This document shows positions 9,793-19,411 of a stretch of 64,000 nucleotides of DNA, piece after piece. Every line of letters starts with the position of its first letter. Position 1 is the stretch's first letter. The stretch is taken from contig CBDCTH010000012.1 of the NCBI GenBank assembly GCA_965222155.1, forward strand, positions 3,328,001 through 3,392,000, given 5' to 3'. The notes below the pieces were generated by a model. It was not told the DNA's origin. It searched no databases and saw only the letters and a list, made by a program, of their open reading frames with translations. A program made the translations under genes and the position numbers. This DNA is from Gammaproteobacteria bacterium (lineage in GTDB: Bacteria > Pseudomonadota > Gammaproteobacteria > Eutrophobiales > Eutrophobiaceae).

Positions 9793-11286
9793 CTAGCCGA
9801 CACTTGGTCGAACGTTTGAGTTTAACCTGAATAAATTTGTCGGATCGTATTTGTTCTTAAGTTGGACCATTCGGTCATGGTTGCCCAGGTAGTTGGACTG
9901 CGCCTTGCTTTGAGTTACCGCGAACTCATCGTTGCTGTAGAAACCATAGGTGAACTCCTCGACTCTTTTCCAGTATTGCCGGGCCCAACGCACGTGCGGC
10001 GCAGTTTCGGTCCCGCGTTTCCACACTGCTGCTACTGTCAGATTGTGGCTGGGATAGCGATGCGGAAAGGCCGTCGCCTCCGGGGCAATGCGTCCAACTG
10101 CGCCGCCTGCCTGCTGGAAGAAAGCCATGCCGCCGCGCTTCGGGTTTGACTCCAGGTTATCCACCAGTGCGTCGATGAGACCAGGGGAAATCTCAGTGGT
10201 AAAGCCGCTCTTCAGGTACTGGCCGGTCCCGCGCGGGTCGGTGTCATCGCTGTCGCGTTGTAAGACAACATAGTCGATGGCCTTGATGTCATCGCGCAAG
10301 GGTTTTCCGGCACGCCGTAATGGTTCGAGGACGCGCTCTGCGTGCTTATGAGGACCGGAATAGCACACGTTGAAATAAACCATGTGACCCATACCTGCAG
10401 GGGGCGCGAAGAGCACGATATCAGCGTACATCTCGTCGGGCATATCATGGCAGTAATCGGCATAGAACTTCAGGAGGTGCTTGGCTTGTGAATAGGGAAA
10501 GAAAATTTCGCCGCCAATCACCTGATGTTCCAGGGGATGAAGTTGAAACTCGAAGGAGGTGACCACGCCGAAGTTGCCGCCGCCACCACGGACGCCCCAG
10601 TAGAGATCCGGATTCTCCTTAGCGCTGGCGCGTCGAAACTGACCATCGGCGGTAATGATATCCACAGCCGTGACATTATCCGAAGCCAGACCGTACTGGC
10701 GCGCGAGCCGACCAAATCCACCTCCCAGGGTGAGACCGCCTACACCCGTGTGGGATACCGTCCCGGAGGTAGTGACCAGTCCGAAGGCCTGGGTCTCCTG
10801 GTCCAGGGCCGCCAGCAATGAGCCTCCGGCGACGCGGGCGCTACGAGCCAGTGGGTCGACCCGAACACCTCGCAGTGGCGACAGGTCGATCATAATGCCG
10901 CCGTCACAGCTGCCTTTGCCGGCAACGTTGTGGCCGCCACACCTGACTGCCGTAAGAAGGTTATAGTGGCGGGCAAAGTTCACGGCATCGCGAACGTCTC
11001 CGGCGCCGGCACATTGAGCGATGAGCGCCGGGCGTTTATCAATCATGCGATTGCGTAATTGACGAACTTCGTCGTAACCCTCACTGTCAGGCAACAACAG
11101 TCGCCCGCGCAAGCTGTTGCGCAGATCTTCAATGGCAGTCCTTTCCACTGAGACTGCATCACCCCCGCCCGTTACTGCACTGATCTCCGTCACCAACGGA
11201 TTAGCGGATACGTAACCTCGCCAGGTTGGAAATGAAACTGCCGCTACAGCAGCCAGGCTGGTTTGGCAGAATGTTCTTCGATCCAT
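9793..11286 (-). CDS. Tat-exported FAD-linked oxidase (FAD_binding_4 + BBE)
   Basis: DRRTF leader; RCGGHN; GGLTLGGGFG; KYDPTNLF. Confidence 0.9.
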   Translation of the reverse strand: MDRRTFCQTSLAAVAAVSFPTWRGYVSANPLVTEISAVTGGGDAVSVERTAIEDLRNSLRGRLLLPDSEGYDEVRQLRNRMIDKRPALIAQCAGAGDVRDAVNFARHYNLLTAVRCGGHNVAGKGSCDGGIMIDLSPLRGVRVDPLARSARVAGGSLLAALDQETQAFGLVTTSGTVSHTGVGGLTLGGGFGRLARQYGLASDNVTAVDIITADGQFRRASAKENPDLYWGVRGGGGNFGVVTSFEFQLHPLEHQVIGGEIFFPYSQAKHLLKFYADYCHDMPDEMYADIVLFAPPAGMGHMVYFNVCYSGPHKHAERVLEPLRRAGKPLRDDIKAIDYVVLQRDSDDTDPRGTGQYLKSGFTTEISPGLIDALVDNLESNPKRGGMAFFQQAGGAVGRIAPEATAFPHRYPSHNLTVAAVWKRGTETAPHVRWARQYWKRVEEFTYGFYSNDEFAVTQSKAQSNYLGNHDRMVQLKNKYDPTNLFRLNSNVRPSVG

Positions 11287-11536
11287 AGCTTCTTAGCCTC
11301 CGGTGGATTGCGCGGCGATGAGCACGACGAATCTCTGTAATTACAGGACAGGCCGGGTGTGAATCTATCCTATATTACCTGTTAGAATGTGATGAGAGAG
11401 ACAATAAAAGAGGTGCTCTTAAATGTCAAGTTTTCCATATACAAGGATTAATTGTTCATATATAAGAATATTGTTACACTATCCGGAACATAAATGAGAG
11501 TACCAAGATGGCAAATCAAACCAAACGGCTCAACCT

Positions 11537-12589
11537 GTGCAGGTTGCCATGATGATTACAGAACCGAAGGAACTGTCATATCCCTTCAGTGACAAGCCGC
11601 CGCCCGGCGAGCTTGTATTTGTCGCGCCCGGTGTGGCCTGGCTGCGAATGCCGCTGCCTATCGCCTTGAACCACATTAATCTGTGGCTGCTGGAAGACAA
11701 GGAGGGTTGGACGATTGTAGATACCGGAATCTCAAACGATGAAACCCGCGATCTCTGGGAGCAAATTTTTGCACGTCGTTTGAACGGTAAGCCTGTTACA
11801 CGTTTGATCGTGACACATATGCACACAGACCATGTCGGTCTGGCAGGATGGCTCGCCAAACGCTGGAACGTGGATTTGTGGATGACGAGCCTGGAATATT
11901 TCACCTGCCGCGTGCTGGTCGAGGACACCGGTAAAGAGGCGCCGGAAGAAGGTCTGCGGTTTTATTCCGAGGCGGGGTTTGACGAGGAATCCCTGGATAT
12001 TTACCGCAGTCGTTTCGGCATGTTCGGCTCATTTATCGGCGCGCTCCCCCAGTCATTCCATCGATTGGCCGAAGCTGACCGGCTGCGTATGGCCGAACAG
12101 GATTGGCAGGTTATAATCGGCCGCGGACACTCACCGGAACATGCGTGTCTGTTCTGTCCCGCGCTCAACCTGCTCATCGGCGGTGACCAGATCCTGCCCA
12201 GGATTTCATCCAATGTGAGTGTTCGACCAACCGAACCCGCCGCAAACCCGTTGCAGGAGTGGCTGGATAGCCTCAGGGAAATGCAAAAGTTTCTGCCGGC
12301 AGACGTCCTGGTTCTGCCTTCCCATGGTTACCCGTTTCACGGCGCACACCAGCGCCTGCAACAGTTGATTGATGGTCATGAAAGCGCACTGACCAAGCTC
12401 CACGAACTATGCCGGGAACCGCAACGTGCGGTCGATACATTCCCTGCTTTATTCAAGAGAGCCGTTGACCAACGCAGCTTGATCATTGCGACCGGAGAGA
12501 GTCTGGCCCACCTGAATTATTTACTTGAGAAAGGGCAACTGCGCGTGTATCGCGGCCAGGATGGGGTTAAACGCTATGCCAGTGCCTGA
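11537..12589 (+). CDS. MBL-fold metallo-hydrolase
   Basis: THMHTDH, GHSPEH and PSHG motifs. Confidence 0.9.
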   Translation: MQVAMMITEPKELSYPFSDKPPPGELVFVAPGVAWLRMPLPIALNHINLWLLEDKEGWTIVDTGISNDETRDLWEQIFARRLNGKPVTRLIVTHMHTDHVGLAGWLAKRWNVDLWMTSLEYFTCRVLVEDTGKEAPEEGLRFYSEAGFDEESLDIYRSRFGMFGSFIGALPQSFHRLAEADRLRMAEQDWQVIIGRGHSPEHACLFCPALNLLIGGDQILPRISSNVSVRPTEPAANPLQEWLDSLREMQKFLPADVLVLPSHGYPFHGAHQRLQQLIDGHESALTKLHELCREPQRAVDTFPALFKRAVDQRSLIIATGESLAHLNYLLEKGQLRVYRGQDGVKRYASA

Positions 12590-12604
12590 TGACCGGGGGA
12601 GAGG

Positions 12605-12628
12605 GGGGACGGATTTAAATCCGTCCCC
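12605..12628. repeat. REP-like palindrome GGGGAC(G/A)GATTTAAATC(C/T)GTCCCC, possibly a bidirectional terminator
   Basis: Perfect 24-bp palindrome between convergent genes; second copy at 37269-37292 with a compensatory change. Confidence 0.7.
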
Positions 12629-12633
12629 GGACG

Positions 12634-13545
12634 CTAACTTTGCACCATACTGCGTAATACCGAGCAAACCGCGGCGGTATCCTGTTGCCCGCGACCATCC
12701 TCGATCGCGCTTTGATACAACTTGGCACTGGCCGTAAAAAGCGGTGTGGTGACGCCGTATTTCTCTGCAAACTCGCGGATCAAATCCAGATCTTTCTGCC
12801 AGACATCGAGCTTCATGGTCGCGGGTTCGTACTCATCGCGAATCATCAACGGGCTACGTAACTCGAACACACGAGAAGTACCGCCGCCGCTGGCAATCAC
12901 TTCACAGAGCATGGTGAGATCGATACCGCAGCGCTCGCCCAATAAAACTGCCTCGGCCGCGGCCACATTGTGGATGGCAACCAGCAGGTTGGCGATGAGC
13001 TTTGCCCTGGTGCCGTTTCCGAACTCACCGAGATAATGGCCGGCTCTGCTGAAGTCCGCAAAGACGGGTTTACATTTCTCCCAGCTTGCAGCATCGCCGC
13101 TGGCGTAAATAGCGATATCACCGGTAACAGCCTGGGAGCCGGTGCCACTAATCGGGCAATCGAGTAAGGGTATACCTGCTGCTGCCAGCCTGTCCCGGTT
13201 GGCGGTTTTGCATTCCAGTGACAATGTGCTGAGCTCAGTCATAATGAGGCCGCCAAGCCGACCAGACTCGATGTTGACAATCTCAGTTACATTGTCATCA
13301 AGCGCCTGAGGGCCAGGCAGGCTCGAAAGCAGAAGATCCGACTTCTCAGCAACGTCTGTCGGAGTTTCGACGATAATGACACCCATCTCCCCGGCTTTCC
13401 GGCACTGTACCGGATACGGATCAAAGCCAACTACCTGGTGTCCGGCTTTTATCAGGTTACGGGCAAAAGCTGAACCCATGATGCCGAGCCCGAGGATCCC
13501 CACACTGCGCGGCCAACTATCACCTTGTTCGGTATGCTGCGTCAT
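12634..13545 (-). CDS. NAD(P)-dependent beta-hydroxyacid dehydrogenase family protein
   Basis: GLGIMG, DCPISG, KLIAN and KDL motifs. Confidence 0.9.
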   Translation of the reverse strand: MTQHTEQGDSWPRSVGILGLGIMGSAFARNLIKAGHQVVGFDPYPVQCRKAGEMGVIIVETPTDVAEKSDLLLSSLPGPQALDDNVTEIVNIESGRLGGLIMTELSTLSLECKTANRDRLAAAGIPLLDCPISGTGSQAVTGDIAIYASGDAASWEKCKPVFADFSRAGHYLGEFGNGTRAKLIANLLVAIHNVAAAEAVLLGERCGIDLTMLCEVIASGGGTSRVFELRSPLMIRDEYEPATMKLDVWQKDLDLIREFAEKYGVTTPLFTASAKLYQSAIEDGRGQQDTAAVCSVLRSMVQS

Positions 13546-14189
13546 AACTCACTTTTGACATTCAGACCTTTGAGCATCGTAGTCACACCCTGCGAGACTA
13601 CGGCGGAAAAGTCCTCATTGACCTTGCTGTGATAAATGTGTTTGCGTACCGCGTAGTAGAACAATCCCCCATGCAGCACCCATACCTGCTCCAGCTCGAG
13701 CTCTGTTATGGGTTTCTCCTGCACGGAAGGCAAGCCGCAATAGTCGCGCAGCTCTGCGCAAATCGGCTTCAGAAGCTTATCCTCCACGACCCGAATATAG
13801 CGACGATTGAGCCCCTCGCCTCTAAGCCCTGAAAACATGTAAATCCTGATCCATTCGTAACGATGGGTAGCGTCAGAATATTTCCCGTAAAACTCACAGA
13901 GGCGATCATGCAGTGACTTGGAACGGTCTCGTAACAACGAATACCAGGATGGATCAATGCGATTGATATAGACTTCATCGAAGACCCGCTCGATAAGATC
14001 CTGCTTGGTGGGAAAGTATTTGTATAGAAGTGGCTGGGTTATACCGAGGCGCTGCGCCAGTTCCCGTGTCTGTCCGGCAAAACCCACTTCGGCGAAAAAA
14101 CTAATCGCTTCCTTGACGATTTGTTGCTCCCGGTCGCTGGCCGAAAGCCGTCGGCGAACTGTGGCAGTATCTTTGAGTCCAGATTTCAT
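13542..14189 (-). CDS. TetR/AcrR family regulator
   Basis: N-terminal HTH ELAQRLGITQPLLYKYFPTK. Confidence 0.9.
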   Translation of the reverse strand: MKSGLKDTATVRRRLSASDREQQIVKEAISFFAEVGFAGQTRELAQRLGITQPLLYKYFPTKQDLIERVFDEVYINRIDPSWYSLLRDRSKSLHDRLCEFYGKYSDATHRYEWIRIYMFSGLRGEGLNRRYIRVVEDKLLKPICAELRDYCGLPSVQEKPITELELEQVWVLHGGLFYYAVRKHIYHSKVNEDFSAVVSQGVTTMLKGLNVKSEL

Positions 14190-14204
14190 AAGTTTGTTTT
14201 ATAT

Positions 14205-15467
14205 TCAACTCATCCAGCGTACCACGCCGGCGACACCATCCACGGCAACCATCGAACCATCGGGGATTCGTTCTGTCGCGTCAAGCACACCCAGAACCAT
14301 GGGTATGCCCCGCTCCCGGGCAAGAGAGGCAAAATGAGACGTGCTGCCACCCAGTTCCGCGACCACACCGGACACGCTCGGCAAGACGTGGCTTAATGCC
14401 GGTCCGGCTACCTTGGTGACCAGGATGTCTCCGGGCGCTACCCGGGTGAGTTCGCATTCACAATTCACAACGCAGGCGCGCCCGCTACCCCAGCCGACGC
14501 CGGCGGGATGGCCATTGAGCCGAGGGTGACGCAGCCAGATTTCATCGGGTACTGTTGCTGTGGCAACCTGCAGAGGCCGTGCCTGGAGGAGCTTGAAACC
14601 CAGGTCGTCCAGCGCCCACTCAATCTCTGTCGGCCCACCGATGACGTCTTCAGCGCGCAGCAGCAATTGGCCAAGCTTGATTGCCTGTTCTTTACTCAGA
14701 CATTGGCTCTCCACCAGGTCTCGTTCAACGCGCTGGGCGCCATGCACACAAGTAACCGCATGGAACTTGCGTCCGCACCGGGCCTCGCGCAGATTGCCGT
14801 CACGACTCAGCAGATATCTGTCCGGGACGATTTCACCCTGGGCAATTGCCGATCCCAATCCCCACGTGGCGCTCAACAGCATGTCCCCATCCGGCGTCCA
14901 GCTTAAGCCACCGCCGCTGACACGCGCCGCTACCAATGGTTGAATGATCAATGCCATTGCCGTAGCGGCAGGGTCCATGCTGTGCCCGGCCATGTAGCGC
15001 AATGCCCGGGTTGACCAGAGCGCCGACCAGCAGGCTCGCACCGCAGTGAAAAAGTCCTGCTGCTGCTCGATACCCAGGAAACTTTCAAACTGGCCGGCAA
15101 AATTTGAACCAGCGCGATCCTCAACCAGCGCCGAGGAACGGACCACATTCTCCGTCTTTTCAAACTCTTGCCAGGTCGTGAGCAGCGTGGCCTCAACAGC
15201 TTTTTCCAGGGCTCCATCCATCAACGCGAGTTTTATCCGGAGCGCGCAACGCCGGGCCTTCAAGCCCTCACCGGCAAACACCTCGCGGGCAACTTCCGTC
15301 AATCCAAGCGAGTCCAACTGCAGACGATAGGCCTCGGCATCCAGAACACTGCCGCCGGGCACAGGTAACCCGGCCTTGCCGAGTTTCGCCAGGTTTGCAG
15401 CCTTGGGACCGAAGCGATTGGGGTCGGCGGCTTCGTTCGAGTTCAGTGGAACCAGTAATTCTGTCAT
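14205..15467 (-). CDS. PEP-utilising dikinase-like protein (ATP-grasp + phospho-His swivel domains only)
   Basis: GPKAANL, VRSSA..ED, FAGQFES, IEWA, LQARP and GGSTSHFASLARE motifs. Confidence 0.85.
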   Translation of the reverse strand: MTELLVPLNSNEAADPNRFGPKAANLAKLGKAGLPVPGGSVLDAEAYRLQLDSLGLTEVAREVFAGEGLKARRCALRIKLALMDGALEKAVEATLLTTWQEFEKTENVVRSSALVEDRAGSNFAGQFESFLGIEQQQDFFTAVRACWSALWSTRALRYMAGHSMDPAATAMALIIQPLVAARVSGGGLSWTPDGDMLLSATWGLGSAIAQGEIVPDRYLLSRDGNLREARCGRKFHAVTCVHGAQRVERDLVESQCLSKEQAIKLGQLLLRAEDVIGGPTEIEWALDDLGFKLLQARPLQVATATVPDEIWLRHPRLNGHPAGVGWGSGRACVVNCECELTRVAPGDILVTKVAGPALSHVLPSVSGVVAELGGSTSHFASLARERGIPMVLGVLDATERIPDGSMVAVDGVAGVVRWMS

Positions 15468-16504
15468 GAGGCGTCGATCACTATTCTCAGGATACGGCTT
15501 GAGTTATGTTCGAATTCCATAAAGGCCTCCGGGGTAGCATGCAATGGATAGGTCGTCGAAACGAAACCAGCCACGTCTACCTGGCCTGATGCAACCAGAT
15601 CGATGGAGGGAGCCATGTCCCCAGGCAACAATGCGCGAGAACCGATGATACTCACTTCCTTGAAATAAAGCGGGAAACTGGAGAAGTCCGTTATTGTGTG
15701 GTGACTGACTGCGAACGCGGATAAACGACCGCCCGGTCGCAGCATGTCGACACTCGGGGCAAGGGTTCCTGCCCCCCCGGCGGTATCCACGACTACGTCG
15801 GCGCCCTCCCCACCCGTCAACCGCATCACTTCTTCCACGGCCTCTTCGACACCGGTATTGATGCAATGATGCGCGCCCGTCCCGGCTGCCATGTCCAGCT
15901 TCCATTGAGTCCTGGAGATTGCGATGACCGGATCAGCGCCGGAGAGCACAGCCAGCCGTGTATGCAACAGGCCTGTGGTGCCTTGACCTACTACAACTAC
16001 GGATTCTCCTGCCTGGATACCTACCCGGTTTTGCGCATGCCTTACCGTTGCCAGTGTTTCGATCAACGTAGCCTCGGCCAGGGGCAGGTGAGCCGGCAGT
16101 GGGTACACATAGCGACTCGCCAGACACACGAATTGACTCAGGGAACCTTCTACTTCGCGTCCGAACAACCCCGCGTTGCGGCACAGGTTCTCCCTGCCGT
16201 TCATGCACGGATCGCAATTCCCGCAGGCAATGATGGGGTTGATCAGCAGCGGCTGCCCTGGTTCAAGGCCGGCGACACCGGCGCCGACTTCGGCCACCGT
16301 TCCGGTGGCCTCGTGACCCATGACTACAGGATAGTTCACGCCAGGGTGGCGGCCGGTATAGATTTCAAGATCGGTACCGCAAACCGCAGTGGCGGCGACA
16401 CGAACCACTACTTCGCCGGGGCCGGCAACCGGCCTGGGACGAGACTGAAGCTCGATACGTCGCGGCGCCTGAAGTACGGCAGTCTGGGTTTGCGGGTAGG
16501 TCAT
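15464..16504 (-). CDS. Zn-dependent alcohol/polyol dehydrogenase
   Basis: CGTD, GHE and CGNCDPC..C motifs. Confidence 0.9.
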   Translation of the reverse strand: MTYPQTQTAVLQAPRRIELQSRPRPVAGPGEVVVRVAATAVCGTDLEIYTGRHPGVNYPVVMGHEATGTVAEVGAGVAGLEPGQPLLINPIIACGNCDPCMNGRENLCRNAGLFGREVEGSLSQFVCLASRYVYPLPAHLPLAEATLIETLATVRHAQNRVGIQAGESVVVVGQGTTGLLHTRLAVLSGADPVIAISRTQWKLDMAAGTGAHHCINTGVEEAVEEVMRLTGGEGADVVVDTAGGAGTLAPSVDMLRPGGRLSAFAVSHHTITDFSSFPLYFKEVSIIGSRALLPGDMAPSIDLVASGQVDVAGFVSTTYPLHATPEAFMEFEHNSSRILRIVIDAS

Positions 16505-16515
16505 TGATAATCCGT

Positions 16516-17784
16516 TCAGCGGTTTGCCAAAGTCGAGTACCCTGGTAAAGGATCGACAACGGTAATCTGCTCCACCGGGAAGTTGGAGATGATCTCAATG
16601 CTGTCATCGTGAACAATGAGCATTTCTTCAATGCGCACGCCCCACTCAAACTGCTTACCGTGTTGGGTCTCCAACGCGAACACCATGCCCGCTTTAATCT
16701 CCACCGGATGCTCCAGCGACCAGATGCGCGAAATCACAGGCTGATCGTACTGGGCCAACCCCAGCCCGTGACCCCAGAGATTCGCTGCCGCCTGATCCTC
16801 TTCCTCGTATCCCCATGCCTCCTTGGCCGAGGGCCACTGGGAGGCGATCTCCCGCGTTGTGGTGCCGACTTTCACCGCTTTGATGGAGTCATACAGCCAT
16901 TTAAGGGCGGTGGCATAGACGTCTTTTTGTTCCTGGCTTGGCTCCTTGCCGACGCAGTAGGTACGATAATAACAGGATTTATAGCCGTTCCAGGTCAGCG
17001 CCGCCAGATCCATAAAAACAATATCACCCGGCTTGATGATACGGTCGGAGAAATTCCGCCAGTTCGGCCATGTGTTGGGTCCCGATGACACGATAACGTC
17101 CTCGACATCTTCCATGCCGGGGATGGCATAAAGGAACTCCATAAGGTGGGCCGTCACGGCGTTTTCCGTGCGCCCGGGTTGCAGGAACTTCATACACTCC
17201 CAATGTGCGGCATCACCAATCGCGCCCACCATACGCATACATTCATGTTCATCGACATTCTTGATGGCCCGTGCCTCCATCATCGGAGTCATGCCATCAG
17301 TCCAGTCGATGCCGGCATCTTTAAACGCCTGAATCATATTAATGTCGACAAAGTCGACACCGAGCTTGCCACCCGCCACGTTACTCTTTTTCATTTCCTG
17401 GACGATGGCATTGGTGAATTTCTTCACCTGTTGTGAAGATGCCGCACCCGCGGCGCCTTTGATCCAGGCATAGGACCAGCGGACGTTTTCCTTCGGCAAC
17501 CAGGGTGAGTGACGCTCAACTTGCATCCCCACGTCGCCCTGTTCGAACAGCACCGGCGCATCGTCTCCGCACAACATCGCGTAACGCAGTCCCGGTTTCA
17601 GTCGATTCCAGCCGGGTGTCAGTGTGCTCGTGACATAACGGACATTTTCATCGTACATGAGCAGTAAGGCACTCAGGCCGTGGGCCTTCATACGCTCCCG
17701 CGCCCGCTCCAGGCGATACCTGCGCAGTCGGTCCCAGTTGATGCGTTGTTGCCAATCCAAACCTGCAATTCCAAAATTCGCCAT
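16516..17784 (-). CDS. M24 (Xaa-Pro peptidase/creatinase) family hydrolase
   Basis: GHGLGL, GMVFALE and GVRIEE motifs. Confidence 0.85.
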   Translation of the reverse strand: MANFGIAGLDWQQRINWDRLRRYRLERARERMKAHGLSALLLMYDENVRYVTSTLTPGWNRLKPGLRYAMLCGDDAPVLFEQGDVGMQVERHSPWLPKENVRWSYAWIKGAAGAASSQQVKKFTNAIVQEMKKSNVAGGKLGVDFVDINMIQAFKDAGIDWTDGMTPMMEARAIKNVDEHECMRMVGAIGDAAHWECMKFLQPGRTENAVTAHLMEFLYAIPGMEDVEDVIVSSGPNTWPNWRNFSDRIIKPGDIVFMDLAALTWNGYKSCYYRTYCVGKEPSQEQKDVYATALKWLYDSIKAVKVGTTTREIASQWPSAKEAWGYEEEDQAAANLWGHGLGLAQYDQPVISRIWSLEHPVEIKAGMVFALETQHGKQFEWGVRIEEMLIVHDDSIEIISNFPVEQITVVDPLPGYSTLANR

Positions 17785-17814
17785 AACCGTTCTCCAATTT
17801 GTACGTCCTGATCA

Positions 17815-17832
17815 AGTTATCATATGATAAAC
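17815..17832. promoter_or_regulatory. Perfect 18-bp palindrome AGTTATCATATGATAACT, operator candidate
   Basis: Lies in the divergent intergenic region of the TetR-containing operon. Confidence 0.65.
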
Positions 17833-17877
17833 TAATCTTTTAAAACAATCGATACATGACCTTTGGGGTAAGAGAAA

Positions 17878-19257
17878 ATGGCCGACACCAACCCACAATC
17901 TAAACCAGAGGCAGTATGGCCGGGCCTGGAAGCCGGCGTACCGAAGCCGCTCATGCCTTACAGTCCTGCTATCAAGGCGGGAGGCTGGGTATTCATTGCA
18001 GGACAACTCGCCAGTGACTTTAAGACGGGAATTGCGCCGGAAGCCAGACCCGGGAACCCTTATGTTGAAAACGAACTGGAACTACAGTCCCGCTATGTGT
18101 TAAATAATCTGACCAACACCATCAAGGCCACAGGTTGCGACATCAGCCGTGACATGGCCAGGATCTGGGAATGGTTTGTGTCGGCCGAGCCGACACCGGC
18201 AGCATTCGAGCGTGGTGATAATTGGACGGGGCTCTGTATTGATCCCTACCTGGCTATTCGCAGGGCCATGATCGATGGACCTTGCCCACCATCCTCTGCG
18301 CTGGGCGTACGAGAATTGATGTGCCTTGGTACCAAACTCGAAGTAGACATGATTTGTTTCGACGATGATGACGAATCGGTTTTCTACGGTTTGCCTGGAG
18401 ATCGGCAGTCAACATGCGCCGGTCATGCGCCGGCCCTGCGCCGCGGTGATTGGGTATTTCTGGCCGCTGAAAGCCCGGTGGATTGGGTCGGGGATAGTTT
18501 AAGCCCGACACATCTGGGGAAACCAACCGCCATTGCTGACAAGGCCCGGGTAAACCCGAATTATTGGATCGGTGAACCCGTAGAACGACAAACCGACTAT
18601 GTGCTTGAGAAGCTTGCCAACATCGCTGCCCTGGCCGGCGCTTCACTTGAGAACACGGTCAAGGCCGACGTTTATATCGGTCATCCCCAGGATTTTGCTG
18701 CCATGGACCGGGTCTGGCGCAGGTGGTTTCCTGAAAATCCACCGGCCCGTGTGGTCATTCCCTATATGGGCATGGGTGGTCGGGGTAGCCGGGTTGAGAT
18801 TGCCCTGACCTTGCTTGCTGATGATGCCGAACAAAAGAAACAAACCATCGAAACATCAGGGGCGCCGGAACCCCTGGGTCATGAGGCCCAGGCTATCAAG
18901 GCCGGCAACTTCCTGTTTTTCAGCACTCAGATGGCCTTCGACTGCGCCGGTAAACTGGCGGACGGCATGAGCCGCCACCCGAATTTTCCCTGGTATGGGT
19001 CGCCGGCACAGGCGCAGATGAGATATATGATGAAGAACGTTGCCGCTATCTGTGAGGCGGCCGGTACCTCGGTAGAAAATATTTGCCGGCGTGCCTGCTT
19101 TCATAGTGACCTTCAATGGTTTGCCGAGTCCATTGAGGAATGGGCCGGCTATTTTCCGGGCGACCGGCCCGCGTCCACCACCATCGGGCTGCATGCTCCC
19201 TTCGTGGTGCCCGGCGCCAATACCCTGCTGGATCTCATTGCCTATGTCCCCGAATAA
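17878..19257 (+). CDS. Triple-domain RidA/YjgF family protein
   Basis: Three repeats of a YS/A..A.(K/R).G..(V/L)F unit each ending in an (L/V)E(V/I)-like strand. Confidence 0.8.
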   Translation: MADTNPQSKPEAVWPGLEAGVPKPLMPYSPAIKAGGWVFIAGQLASDFKTGIAPEARPGNPYVENELELQSRYVLNNLTNTIKATGCDISRDMARIWEWFVSAEPTPAAFERGDNWTGLCIDPYLAIRRAMIDGPCPPSSALGVRELMCLGTKLEVDMICFDDDDESVFYGLPGDRQSTCAGHAPALRRGDWVFLAAESPVDWVGDSLSPTHLGKPTAIADKARVNPNYWIGEPVERQTDYVLEKLANIAALAGASLENTVKADVYIGHPQDFAAMDRVWRRWFPENPPARVVIPYMGMGGRGSRVEIALTLLADDAEQKKQTIETSGAPEPLGHEAQAIKAGNFLFFSTQMAFDCAGKLADGMSRHPNFPWYGSPAQAQMRYMMKNVAAICEAAGTSVENICRRACFHSDLQWFAESIEEWAGYFPGDRPASTTIGLHAPFVVPGANTLLDLIAYVPE

Positions 19258-19411
19258 ACCCGATGGATTTTGTACCGGCACAGCTTGAATCAATATGATT
19301 AGCTCGCATATCGCATCCAGCGCAGTGTGTGATGGTAGTAAAAGTGATATGATCACTGTAGCTTATTGACAGCAAAGAGTTTTCCGTTGATGACAAGCGA
19401 ATTGGTGAGAT

